Shown: positions 1-9,056 of the stretch, piece by piece
Position numbering within the stretch: position 1 is the stretch's first letter
Layout: every line of letters starts with the position of its first letter
NCBI GenBank assembly: GCA_003635265.1
Contig: PYIZ01000043.1
Location: 77,707-141,706, forward strand
Direction: 5' to 3'
Origin: Candidatus Poribacteria bacterium
Lineage (GTDB): Bacteria; Poribacteria; WGA-4E; PCPOR2b
Length of the DNA: 64,000 nt
Position numbers and translations under genes: made by a program
Notes under the pieces: generated by a model
Told to the model about the DNA's origin: nothing
Databases searched by the model: none
What the model saw: only the letters and a program-made list of their open reading frames with translations

Positions 1-23
1 CTTCCTAAACGTCTGTAATTCAT
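1..23 (-). CDS. 5' end of a leftward gene that leaves the window (visible residues MNYRRLG; the start resembles an aldo/keto reductase)
   Basis: ATG at 21-23 on the minus strand with AAGGAG (30-35) 6 nt upstream. Only 7 codons are visible. Confidence 0.2.
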
Positions 24-114
24 GTCTTTCTCCTTCTTATAACTCGGTCTGATTTTATCTGTCATTTTATCATATTTCCTTCACACGATACAACGGCAAA
101 CATCAATTAAAATC

Positions 115-144
115 TTGCATTCCTTTCATTAAAATCTGTATAAT
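115..144 (+). promoter_or_regulatory. sigma70-like promoter candidate upstream of the MFS gene
   Basis: TTGCAT (115-120), an 18-nt spacer, then TATAAT (139-144). Confidence 0.35.
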
Positions 145-267
145 GAACGTACCAATTGTGTAGTCACCCACGATTTCCTTTAAGCTCTGGTTTGGCATAG
201 TTGACAACGGAGATTTGCCTATGTGTAATTCATCTAAACATCAACGAAGACAGGTGCCCGTAATCTG

Positions 268-1443
268 ATGTGGAATCGCCAATTTATCTCATTGTGCCTA
301 ATCTTACTTGCAGCGGGACTTGTCACCGCACCAATTGAACTCCTTTTCCCGGTTTATGTGGAAGAGGCATTGGGAAAAACAGTATGGTTTGCTGCGTTAT
401 TACGCGCAATCCCAATCGCTCTCGGCGGTTTGTTTGCTTTGGTCGGTGGTGCGTTAAGCGATCGATTGGGGCGGAAGTCCACGCTAATCTTGGGCATGAC
501 AGGCGCATTGGTTGTGGGAGTGGTATTCATAAGCAAACAACCGTTGCTGATTTGGGGCGTGCTGTGCTATCAGGGGATTGCCTCCGGTTTTCGGATAGCG
601 GGAGGACAATCGTACCTCATCAGCGCTGTTGACGCGGATCAGCTTGGCTTGGCCGCCGCTGTCTACTTCATGACGTATACATTCGGGGGTTCATTGGGTA
701 GTGCAATTGGGGGCGAGTTAATAGATCGCTTCAATTACGGAGTCGTCGGCGGTGGAGCGATTTTTGTCATGATCCTCCTTATTTTAGCGGCACTTATCCT
801 TCTACCTCGTCTGCCGCGCGGAGGCGATGAACGAAAATCCTTCACCCAAATGTTAGCAGGGTATGGCGAAATGTTCCGCCGCCGAGAGGTTCTCCTACTG
901 CTTGGTATGCGGTTTCTGCCAACCTACTCTTGGGGAACGGTTAGCCTCCTTTTACCGGTTCTGATCGCACGTGCTTCGGGTGTTAGGCTAGCAGGGTACT
1001 ATGGCGCATCGAGAGACTTATTTGCCGCCTGCTGTCAACTGGTCTCAGGTCGCGTTTGTGACGCTGTCGGGGCTAAATCCACCGCGTTTGTGGCAACCTG
1101 TCTTGTCGCAATGGGAGTAGTCCTGATTACGCTAAATACAGGTTCGACAACTCTGCTATTTATATTGGGGGTCTTCGGTGCAGGGGCAGCATGGTCGGTT
1201 TCAATCACAATGCCCCGCCTTATTGACGAATTTTTCGCGAAAGAAGAGAAGGGACGAGGTGTTGGAATAACCCACCTTGCGTGGAGTTCAGGCTTCCTCT
1301 CAGGACACATGGTTGGAGGCAGACTCGAATCGGTGGCTATCTCCTTGCCGTTTGCTGTGGCTAGCGGAATGGTTGTTATTTCAGCGATACTCGCATTTCA
1401 GCTTTGGCAGAATGGGAAAATGAAAAAAGTGGTTACTCATTGA
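268..1443 (+). CDS. MFS transporter
   Basis: Multi-TM hydrophobic profile. The MFS loop motif 'LSDRLGRKSTLILG' follows TM2. Confidence 0.8.
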   Translation: MWNRQFISLCLILLAAGLVTAPIELLFPVYVEEALGKTVWFAALLRAIPIALGGLFALVGGALSDRLGRKSTLILGMTGALVVGVVFISKQPLLIWGVLCYQGIASGFRIAGGQSYLISAVDADQLGLAAAVYFMTYTFGGSLGSAIGGELIDRFNYGVVGGGAIFVMILLILAALILLPRLPRGGDERKSFTQMLAGYGEMFRRREVLLLLGMRFLPTYSWGTVSLLLPVLIARASGVRLAGYYGASRDLFAACCQLVSGRVCDAVGAKSTAFVATCLVAMGVVLITLNTGSTTLLFILGVFGAGAAWSVSITMPRLIDEFFAKEEKGRGVGITHLAWSSGFLSGHMVGGRLESVAISLPFAVASGMVVISAILAFQLWQNGKMKKVVTH

Positions 1444-1464
1444 AATAGCTGTTAGAGGTATTTT

Positions 1465-2574
1465 ATGCATCAACGGGCGTCGATCTCACTCTTTCACGGC
1501 GCAGGCCAACCATTTGAACTTTGCGAACGGAACGTCGCAGCACCGGATGCAGAGGAGGCACTGGTTCGGGTCTCGTTGGCAACCATCTGTGGCTCAGACC
1601 TACACACCTTCGCAGGTCGACGGACCGCACCAACACCGTGTGTATTAGGGCACGAAGCGGTTGGGCGTATTGCCGCTCCAACGAAGGTCCGTGATGCGTA
1701 TGGTAAGCCTTTGCACGAAGGCGATCGTGTGACATGGAGCATCATGGCTGCGTGTGATGCGTGCGAATACTGTAACGAACGGAATCTGCCCCAGAAGTGT
1801 GAGCGACTGTTTAAGTATGGGCACGCCCAGAGTGTCGCTCCTCATTTCCTCAACGGCGGTTTCGCGGAGGGGATCTGCCTTCGACCCGGAACAGCAATCT
1901 ACCGTATTCCTGATACCGTCAGCGACCTTGAAGCAGCACCGCTTAATTGCGCTCTCTCCACGGTTTTAGGCGGGTTGGCAATCCTTGACCCCACAGGGAA
2001 ATATAGCGCAGTTGTTCAAGGTGCGGGCATGTTAGGTATTTACGCTGCGTGCTGTTTGCGTGAACGTGGGTTTGAAATTGTCGCCTGCGTAGACCGTGTC
2101 GCTGAACGCCTACGCATTGCAGAAGCCTTCGGAGCGACACATACGTTCAACCTCTCGGAAGATTCCGCAACTGAAATCGGGGAAGCCTTATACGATTTAA
2201 CAAATGGGCGTGGCGTAGATTTCGCAGTCGAGGTGAGCGGCGCAGCGGCTGCGCTAGTCAACTCCCTCGATTGGCTGGGAGTCGGTGGAAATTGTTTGAC
2301 GCTCGGCTATGTCTTTCCAAATGCAGATGTCACGGTGGACGCACATAAGATCGTGACAAAATGCTTGACGGTACGAGGCAATCACAATTATCATCCATCT
2401 GCGCTAGGAGACGCGCTTCGGTTCGTCGAGATGACGCGGGAGCGTTATCCATTCAAGGAGTTAGTTGGTGAAGTCTATCCGCTAGAGGAAATCAACGCTG
2501 CGTTTAATCGAGCGATGCAGGGAGATCTGATCCGAGTTGGCATTAACCCGACTTCAGAAGGGAGCCTACTTTGA
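1465..2574 (+). CDS. zinc-dependent alcohol dehydrogenase (MDR family)
   Basis: Catalytic-Zn motif 'GHEAVG', structural-Zn cysteines 'CDACEYCNERNLPQKC', and Rossmann motif 'VQGAGMLG'. Confidence 0.85.
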   Translation: MHQRASISLFHGAGQPFELCERNVAAPDAEEALVRVSLATICGSDLHTFAGRRTAPTPCVLGHEAVGRIAAPTKVRDAYGKPLHEGDRVTWSIMAACDACEYCNERNLPQKCERLFKYGHAQSVAPHFLNGGFAEGICLRPGTAIYRIPDTVSDLEAAPLNCALSTVLGGLAILDPTGKYSAVVQGAGMLGIYAACCLRERGFEIVACVDRVAERLRIAEAFGATHTFNLSEDSATEIGEALYDLTNGRGVDFAVEVSGAAAALVNSLDWLGVGGNCLTLGYVFPNADVTVDAHKIVTKCLTVRGNHNYHPSALGDALRFVEMTRERYPFKELVGEVYPLEEINAAFNRAMQGDLIRVGINPTSEGSLL

Positions 2575-3692
2575 GCCAACACAAGATTTTGATTATCTGT
2601 ATTGACGCCGGTGGGCACGACTACCTCGCCGCTAGCGAAATACCAAACATCCAAAAGTTAGCAGAGGAAGGTTTCTATCAACACGCGAGATCCGTCATTC
2701 CCTCGGTCACAAATGTCAATAATGTGAGCCTCGCCACAGGGACTTTTCCAGAGACACATGGCATCACAACCAACTACCATGTTGACCGTGAAACCGGAAA
2801 AGGAGAGTTTATCGAAGATAGCCGTTTTCTGCTCGCACCGACGCTATTTGAGCGTGCAAAATTGTCGGGTTTCGCAGAGAAAACTGCCCTGCTTGTTACA
2901 AAGAAAAAACTGTTACGAATGCTTGAGGCTGGAACAGATATCGCTATCGCTGCGGAAGATCCACCCACTGAATACGTTGAAACAGTTGGACCGGTTGAGG
3001 ATATCTACTCGTCGGAGATTAATTGGTGGCTGTTACGGGCGTTGCGCGAGGTCTTACGCGAGCATGACCCACAACTCGCCTACTGTTCTACTACGGATTG
3101 GAATCAACACAAATACGCTCCAACAGAGGAACACTCGCTGGAACATATCGCTGAACTAGATCGACTCATTGGCGAAATTGTGGACGATAATCCGGAGCGT
3201 GAGATTTACATCACAGCGGATCACGCGATGTTGCCGAAGAACCGTGCGCTCGATCCAGGGCGTTGGTTGACCGAGCACGGTGTTCCGTCAAGCGCTATCC
3301 CTATCATCAAAGATCGTTATGTCGCGCATCACGGCAATTTGGGAGGGGCGGCGTATGTCTTTCTACAGAGGATGGCGGATCTGCCAGAGGCAATCGAAAC
3401 GTTAGGCGCTGCGCCGGGCGTCGAAGAGGTTTATACCTCAGATGAAGCAGCGAGTCAATTTCGGCTCCACCCGGACCGGATTGGAGATATTTTCATCCTC
3501 GCAGATCGAGATACCGTTTTTGGCGAACTCACCGAAACAGAAACGGTTGTCGATATTAGATCTCACGGTTCACGTCATGAGAGCGAAGTACCGGTCATCG
3601 GCTATAATAGCCCTTGGGGGGCAAGCGATTTCGCGTATAATCTTGATGTCGGTCGCTTGTTTCTGAACAGTCTTGGGGAACGCTTTGACTAG
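2571..3692 (+). CDS. alkaline-phosphatase superfamily / type I phosphodiesterase, similar to phosphonoacetate hydrolase (PhnA)
   Basis: TTG start overlaps the upstream stop (TTGA). Motifs 'CIDAGGHDY', 'PSVTNVNNVSLATGTFPETHGI' and 'ITADHAM'. The PhnA similarity is from memory of that family. Confidence 0.6.
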   Translation: MSQHKILIICIDAGGHDYLAASEIPNIQKLAEEGFYQHARSVIPSVTNVNNVSLATGTFPETHGITTNYHVDRETGKGEFIEDSRFLLAPTLFERAKLSGFAEKTALLVTKKKLLRMLEAGTDIAIAAEDPPTEYVETVGPVEDIYSSEINWWLLRALREVLREHDPQLAYCSTTDWNQHKYAPTEEHSLEHIAELDRLIGEIVDDNPEREIYITADHAMLPKNRALDPGRWLTEHGVPSSAIPIIKDRYVAHHGNLGGAAYVFLQRMADLPEAIETLGAAPGVEEVYTSDEAASQFRLHPDRIGDIFILADRDTVFGELTETETVVDIRSHGSRHESEVPVIGYNSPWGASDFAYNLDVGRLFLNSLGERFD

Positions 3693-3750
3693 CCATGGGG
3701 CAGGTCAACGATAGATGAATCCCAATTTTTGAGGTTTGGGAGTATGTCAA
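3693..3750 (+). mobile_element. orphan IS200/IS605 right-end-like fragment (hairpin plus the conserved tail TGGGAGTATGTCAA)
   Basis: Alignable to the right end of the tnpB element at 63267-63324. It has an identical 14-nt tail ending in TCAA, and the hairpin cccaa..ttggg replaces cccaccc..gggtgtggg. Confidence 0.45.
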
Positions 3751-3795
3751 CAGTGAACAGGGGGCGTCATGCCTCCACAATAATAGGAGACCATC

Positions 3796-4266
3796 ATGGC
3801 ACGAAAGGGTGCACCTCCGCCGAAAAGGCGGAGAAAATCAATAGAGAATTTTAGAACACCTGATTTTTCAAACCAGTATTGGTCGGAAGTCGCTGATAGC
3901 TTGCTTTGGCTTTTTGATCTAACCCGAGTTAATCAAAATTTCATAGAAGAATGTACGGATCCGATTCTTATGCAGATTGCAGATTTCCTGAATGCGACAT
4001 TAGATCCACTAAGCGACACCGGGGAATGGTTTGCGAATCTTCATGAATCTGTGATCGATAGACGTCCAGAACTTGAGCATGAAGCGGGACAAGAAATCTC
4101 TCGGCTGCTTGGACCAAATAATCAGGTATCTGAAAAGACCCAACAGGAAATCTTCTTTTTTTTAGCAGAGCATCTGTATAAGCACTTTCTGAATGGGCTC
4201 ATTGAGGGATTAAATGACTCCAGCCTGAAAGAAAAACTTGCTACACAAGAAATCGAAAGTGTGTAG
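3796..4266 (+). CDS. hypothetical protein with a basic N-terminus ('PPPKRRRKS')
   Basis: Intact ORF preceded by AGGAGA. It looks AT-richer than its neighbours. I recognise no family motif. Confidence 0.5.
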   Translation: MARKGAPPPKRRRKSIENFRTPDFSNQYWSEVADSLLWLFDLTRVNQNFIEECTDPILMQIADFLNATLDPLSDTGEWFANLHESVIDRRPELEHEAGQEISRLLGPNNQVSEKTQQEIFFFLAEHLYKHFLNGLIEGLNDSSLKEKLATQEIESV

Positions 4267-4371
4267 CGTGATAAAAAGTCAATTGATGTTTTAGATCGCG
4301 TCTTTGCTGAATGCGAAACCCAACTATACAAAATTGATTTTAACGGCATGAGGAAATGGAGAGACAGCAAT

Positions 4372-5733
4372 ATGGCAAACACTTCAGACCAGCCCAATGT
4401 GATCGTGTTCTTCACAGACCAGCAACGCTGGGATACAACGGGCGTCCACGGCAATCCGTTGGATTTGACACCGAATTTTGATCGGATGGCGCGCAGGGGA
4501 ACACATGTTTATCGCTCGTTTACATGCCAACCTGTTTGTGGCCCGGCGCGGTCTTGCTTGCAAACCGGGCTTTACGCCACAGAAACGGGGTGTTATCGAA
4601 ATGGTATCCCACTGCCGTCAAATCTGAAGACACTTGCCCACCATTTTGGTGAGAACGGCTACAGGACGGGTTATATCGGCAAGTGGCATCTCTACGACAG
4701 GGGCGTTGAGGGACCCGTCCCGGAATCTGCGCGGGGTGGTTATGAGTATTGGCTTGCCTCCAATGTGCTTGAGTTTACCTCCGATGCTTACTCCACCGTG
4801 CTCTACAACAGTGACAACCAAGCTGTCAAACTTCCCGGCTACCGTGTGGACGCTGTCACCGATTCCATGATCCGCTATATTGACGCACACCAAGACAATC
4901 CATTTTACCTTTTCACCTCGTACATCGAGCCGCACCATCAGAATCATCTTGACGATTACCCGCCGCCTGACGGCTACCGTGAACGTTACGCAGGAAAATG
5001 GATTCCGCCGGATCTTGCTGCGTTGGGCGGCTCAACGCATCAGCATATCGCAGGCTATTACGGCATGGTCAAACGGCTCGATGAGGCGCTCGGCAGGGTA
5101 TTGGACGCACTCAAGAGTCTCGACTTACTTGATAACACCATCCTGCTCTTTACATCAGATCACGGTTGTCACTTCAAGACCCGAAATGCAGAATACAAAC
5201 GCTCCTGCCACGAAAGCTCCATCCGTATTCCAACGGCGCTGCACGGTCCCGGTTTCGATGGCGGAGGGCAGCTGCAACAATTGGTCAGTCTCGTTGATCT
5301 ACCACCGACGCTTCTCGATGCCGCAGGGATTCCTGTGCCCGAAGAGATGCAAGGACGCTCAATTCTACCGCTGACGAGAGGTGAAACGGAGGGGTGGCCC
5401 GAGGAGGTCTTCGTTCAGGTAGGCGAGTCACAGGTGGGGCGTGCTGTCCGCACACAGCGATGGAAGTACGGTGTTACTGCGCCGGGGGGACGTAGCGTAC
5501 CGGGTGCGGGATCAGATCTGTATGCCGAGGAGTCCCTCTATGATCTACAGGCGGATCCTTACGAGTTAGCAAACTTGATTGGACGGGAGTCGCATCAGGA
5601 GGTCGCTGCGGTGATGCGGGAGCGACTTATCCGTCGTATGGTTGATGCAGGTGAGGCAGCACCAACCATCAAATCAGCACCGACGCAAGCGGGTGGACAG
5701 CGGCGGGTTTCCCCTGAAGAAGCACGCGCCTAA
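4372..5733 (+). CDS. Cys-type sulfatase (no signal peptide seen)
   Basis: 'FFTDQQRWD' and the sulfatase signature 'CGPARSCLQTG' (C-x-P-x-R). The ATG at 4372 has GGAGAG upstream and is preferred over 4348. Confidence 0.85.
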   Translation: MANTSDQPNVIVFFTDQQRWDTTGVHGNPLDLTPNFDRMARRGTHVYRSFTCQPVCGPARSCLQTGLYATETGCYRNGIPLPSNLKTLAHHFGENGYRTGYIGKWHLYDRGVEGPVPESARGGYEYWLASNVLEFTSDAYSTVLYNSDNQAVKLPGYRVDAVTDSMIRYIDAHQDNPFYLFTSYIEPHHQNHLDDYPPPDGYRERYAGKWIPPDLAALGGSTHQHIAGYYGMVKRLDEALGRVLDALKSLDLLDNTILLFTSDHGCHFKTRNAEYKRSCHESSIRIPTALHGPGFDGGGQLQQLVSLVDLPPTLLDAAGIPVPEEMQGRSILPLTRGETEGWPEEVFVQVGESQVGRAVRTQRWKYGVTAPGGRSVPGAGSDLYAEESLYDLQADPYELANLIGRESHQEVAAVMRERLIRRMVDAGEAAPTIKSAPTQAGGQRRVSPEEARA

Positions 5734-7175
5734 TGCAATCCGGCTAGATTTTGGTAAACCTTTCGCCCTTCATTGAACAGGTGTAGGACCTCTTCCCGCT
5801 GTGTATCCTTTGCAAACCGCCAATCCCGGTTCACTATCTCCATCGCACTGTCAATCGAGCGAACAAAGAACCCCGCCGACCCCTGTGCGATATCGGGATT
5901 GAAACCTGTGCCGATATAAATGGGACTTGTGTGTGCGTAGACCGGCTGTGCAAAGCTGTCACGTGCTTCCCCGAAGGCACGCGCCGCAACCCAGCCATCG
6001 GACTCGATCCGAAGGTCAAACACCCACTCCCCATCGTGTCTCCTTCCGTCAAGTGGCACTGTTTGCGTCACCGCCCCGTTGTGCACCAATTCGACGCTGT
6101 TGAGCGGGTAGTGCGATTGCCATGAGATTTGTCCTGACACGGTGCGCGGGCGCCCATTAGGCGATGCGATAGTGCTGCCGGGGGCTGCGCCATCAAGATT
6201 CAGGAACAGTGCTGGTCCGTTCGTGATGAAGGTACGTCCCGCCTGCAAACCGCTCAACCAATTTTCATAGGTAAATTCTCCATCGGTCTGGACGTAGACG
6301 CGGTTGTTCGCACAGATGAACCAATCCGTCCCGGTCGATGCGGGCAGCGGAATCCCGCAGTTGAGAAGATGATACCAGATGTCGTATTCAAGGTCTTTCC
6401 AAGAGGGATCGAAAAGGTTAAAGGCATCTAACTTCCCTAGCGCAGCCGCCACCGGCGCTTCCATTCCCCGCCCATTGTGACACCACAGCACGATACCACC
6501 CTGTCGTTTCGCATCGTCGCAGGCGTAACAGATCGGCGGATAGTCGGGATCAAAGTCACTGACGAGATTACCGCGACTGACAGGCTCAACCAGATTCTTG
6601 ATGTGCAAGAACATGACATGCCCGGATCCACCGCCGTAAGGGGAGTTATGCCGATTCTCCTCGCCGCAATCGACAAGATGGTGTGCGGTCGAATAATCCG
6701 TCATAAATCCGAGCGGATACTTATTGCTGGCATAGGGGATTTCACCCCGCTGCAGGATACTGATAACGGTTACGCTGAGATCGTGGACTTGGGGATCGAG
6801 ACGCAGCCGATCATCGGGTCGAGCCTCCCCCTCGTTATAGTGCAGATGTGTATTCCCCGGATACCATCCCTGCGACGGGAGATCCGCCCACCGTTTGAGA
6901 TGTAGCTCGACCTCGACCGCCCCTTTCGCGGGCATCGAAACGACCTTCCGAAGGGGTTTGTACTCAGTGCCACGTTCAACCACGATGTCTGTTGAACCGC
7001 GGGGCACGTCCACAGTAAACTCCCCCGGACAGTAGAAAAACGGGTCGCCCGGTCCAATCTTCAGGATACTGTCCGCTGGGTGGACAAAATTGCCGCTACT
7101 GGTCAGGACATGGACTTTCGCCTCGACGGAGGCACCTGACACGCTGTCTCGAATGATGCCTTTAAGGGTTGCCAT
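5730..7175 (-). CDS. PHP-domain / CehA-McbA-like metallohydrolase with an N-terminal carboxypeptidase-regulatory-like domain
   Basis: N-terminal beta-sandwich-like 'GIIRDSVSGASVEAKVHV', followed by 'WYPGNTHLHY' (H-x-H metal motif) and later His/Asp clusters. Confidence 0.55.
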   Translation of the reverse strand: MATLKGIIRDSVSGASVEAKVHVLTSSGNFVHPADSILKIGPGDPFFYCPGEFTVDVPRGSTDIVVERGTEYKPLRKVVSMPAKGAVEVELHLKRWADLPSQGWYPGNTHLHYNEGEARPDDRLRLDPQVHDLSVTVISILQRGEIPYASNKYPLGFMTDYSTAHHLVDCGEENRHNSPYGGGSGHVMFLHIKNLVEPVSRGNLVSDFDPDYPPICYACDDAKRQGGIVLWCHNGRGMEAPVAAALGKLDAFNLFDPSWKDLEYDIWYHLLNCGIPLPASTGTDWFICANNRVYVQTDGEFTYENWLSGLQAGRTFITNGPALFLNLDGAAPGSTIASPNGRPRTVSGQISWQSHYPLNSVELVHNGAVTQTVPLDGRRHDGEWVFDLRIESDGWVAARAFGEARDSFAQPVYAHTSPIYIGTGFNPDIAQGSAGFFVRSIDSAMEIVNRDWRFAKDTQREEVLHLFNEGRKVYQNLAGLH

Positions 7176-7189
7176 GAAGTCGCTCCTCT

Positions 7190-8656
7190 TTACACCTCAT
7201 CACGTAGGGCATCGGCGGGCCCCCACGGCGCAAATGCCACTGTTGCATAGGGGTTGAAGATGATGTCGTCTTCGCGTCCTGCGAACCGCCACATCCGACG
7301 CACCAGATCGCGCTTCACCTCCTGATAATCGGGGTGATCGCTGAGGTTCACCATCTCGTGCGGGTCGTTCCGTAGATCGTACACCTCATCGAAGTCGAAG
7401 CCGTTGTAGACGTATTTGAACTCCTTGGTAGTAACAACACGTTGGCTGTAATACAACTCCACGCCGTTGAACTGGGTGTAGAATGCGTCTGTCCAATCGG
7501 TGGGGGTTTCGTCTCTCAGGAATGGCACGAGGCTCCTGCCGGTCAGGTCCTCTGGCACGGATTCGCCTGCCAATTCAATGAAGGTGGGCGCGAAATCGGC
7601 GAGGCTGACAAACTCATCGACTTCACGGTTGGGATTGGCAATCCCTTGGGGCCAACGCGCAATTGTGGCGATGTTATAAGCCTCACGGAACGCTGGCACG
7701 CCCTTGAGATATAATCCGTGCGCACCGCAGTAATCGCCGTGGTCGCTCATTCGCAGCACAAGGGTGTTGTCCGCCTGCCCGGTCTCCTCCAACGTCTCAA
7801 GCACCTCACCGAACATCGCATCCTCCATCGTGCAGTATCCCCAATAGTGCTGGAGGGACTCGCGCACCTCGTCCTCCGAAAGTTGGTCCCAATACTGCTG
7901 ACGTGCCCGTTGATAGGCGCGGGGTTTGTCTTCCAGTGTGTCGTGGTAGTTCGGCGGCAGCGGAATCTCTTTAGGGTCATACATTTGGGCGAATCGTTCC
8001 GGCACGATGAACGGGTCGTGGGGTCCGCTCGGTCCAATGTATAGGCACCACGGCGCGTCCGCTTGGGATAATCGCTGCAACGCCTCTATCCCAGATTGGA
8101 CAACGCGATAATCTCGATGGTCTTCGTAGCCTTTGGGGGTATCGGTCAGGTAGGATTGGTATAGTTGATAGTGTCCCCAACCAGGACGGAGAATTTGCCC
8201 ACGTTCGCGTTCTGTTGATTCGGGTTGTTTGGCTTGCTCCTGCCACTGCGCTACTGAACGGTGCATGTAGCTGCCTTTGCCCGCCGTGAGGTGCAGATCC
8301 TCCCAGCCACGATCAGATGGATTCTCGGCGTCGGTGACATGCCATTTTCCGGCATACGCCAAGCTATAACCTGAAGATCGCAGCGTTTCACTGAACATCC
8401 CGACACCTTCGTAGAGTTCGTGGTGGATGGCAGTCGGATTGCTGACGTTGTTGTAGATGCCGTGCCGACTGGGATATACGCCTGTCATGAACGTTGCGCG
8501 TGAAGGGCAGCAGTGCGCTGTCGGACAAAATGAACGGTTAAAAAGAACCCCCTCCTGTGCTAATTTCGTAGCATTTGGTGTGATACATGGATGGTCTGGA
8601 TGGACCACATCGGATTGTTCCTGGTCGGTCATAAAGATAAGAATATTGGGTCGCAT
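7190..8656 (-). CDS. Cys-type sulfatase
   Basis: Begins 'MRPNILIFMTDQEQ' with GGAGGT upstream. Signature 'CCPSRATFMTG'. The longer track ORF (to 8845) overlaps hicB and lacks sulfatase-like sequence. Confidence 0.85.
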   Translation of the reverse strand: MRPNILIFMTDQEQSDVVHPDHPCITPNATKLAQEGVLFNRSFCPTAHCCPSRATFMTGVYPSRHGIYNNVSNPTAIHHELYEGVGMFSETLRSSGYSLAYAGKWHVTDAENPSDRGWEDLHLTAGKGSYMHRSVAQWQEQAKQPESTERERGQILRPGWGHYQLYQSYLTDTPKGYEDHRDYRVVQSGIEALQRLSQADAPWCLYIGPSGPHDPFIVPERFAQMYDPKEIPLPPNYHDTLEDKPRAYQRARQQYWDQLSEDEVRESLQHYWGYCTMEDAMFGEVLETLEETGQADNTLVLRMSDHGDYCGAHGLYLKGVPAFREAYNIATIARWPQGIANPNREVDEFVSLADFAPTFIELAGESVPEDLTGRSLVPFLRDETPTDWTDAFYTQFNGVELYYSQRVVTTKEFKYVYNGFDFDEVYDLRNDPHEMVNLSDHPDYQEVKRDLVRRMWRFAGREDDIIFNPYATVAFAPWGPADALRDEV

Positions 8657-8729
8657 GTTCACCTCCGATGCGAAGATTATCTCAACGGTCAAGTGGTCAG
8701 ATGGATTTGTGTTTTGTTTGAAGATTTTT

Positions 8730-8930
8730 TCATGTCGTGGGCATTGATAAAAATTCCTTGAGTGTTCCGAGCTTTGCTGTTTCTTCGAGTTGGATTTCGA
8801 TAACCTCAAGGAGATTTTTTCTTGCCTCCGCAACATCCCTTCCACAACTCACAACGTCTAACTCCGGGCAATAGGCGGTGTACATATTGCCCTCTCTCCA
8901 GACTTCTTCTGTGACGACGAGATTTTTCAT
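8730..8930 (-). CDS. HicB-like (UPF0150) antitoxin-family protein with no HicA partner visible
   Basis: 66 aa. 'EGNMYTAYCPELDVVSCGRDVAEARKNLLEVIE' fits the HicB N-terminal fold pattern. GGAGGC RBS. Confidence 0.65.
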   Translation of the reverse strand: MKNLVVTEEVWREGNMYTAYCPELDVVSCGRDVAEARKNLLEVIEIQLEETAKLGTLKEFLSMPTT

Positions 8931-8958
8931 TGTAGCCTCCGTTTACTTCAAGCCATCA

Positions 8959-8989
8959 GAAACCGAGTTTTTGTCAAAAACTCGGTTTC
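8959..8989. repeat. perfect 14-bp hairpin (GAAACCGAGTTTTT gtc AAAAACTCGGTTTC)
   Basis: Read directly. A related 'gaaaccgagtttt ... cggtttctct' occurs at 52127-52186. Confidence 0.7.
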
Positions 8990-9019
8990 TCTATGAGAAC
9001 GCAAGTTGCTATATGGTCT

Positions 9020-9043
9020 GTAGGTCGAGTTTCCATACTCGAC
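9020..9043 (+). repeat. GTAG-headed REP-like hairpin (GTAGGTCGAG-n8-CTCGAC)
   Basis: A near-identical element lies in opposite orientation at 13099-13122. Confidence 0.6.
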
Positions 9044-9056
9044 ATCTAAGGCTACA

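Noticed and set aside
8657-8845. A 63-codon N-terminal extension of the sulfatase ORF (track ORF 7190..8845).
   Set aside because: The extension overlaps the hicB ORF in another frame and has no sulfatase-like sequence. The internal ATG at 8656 has a GGAGGT RBS and gives the canonical 'MRPNILIFMTDQ' start.
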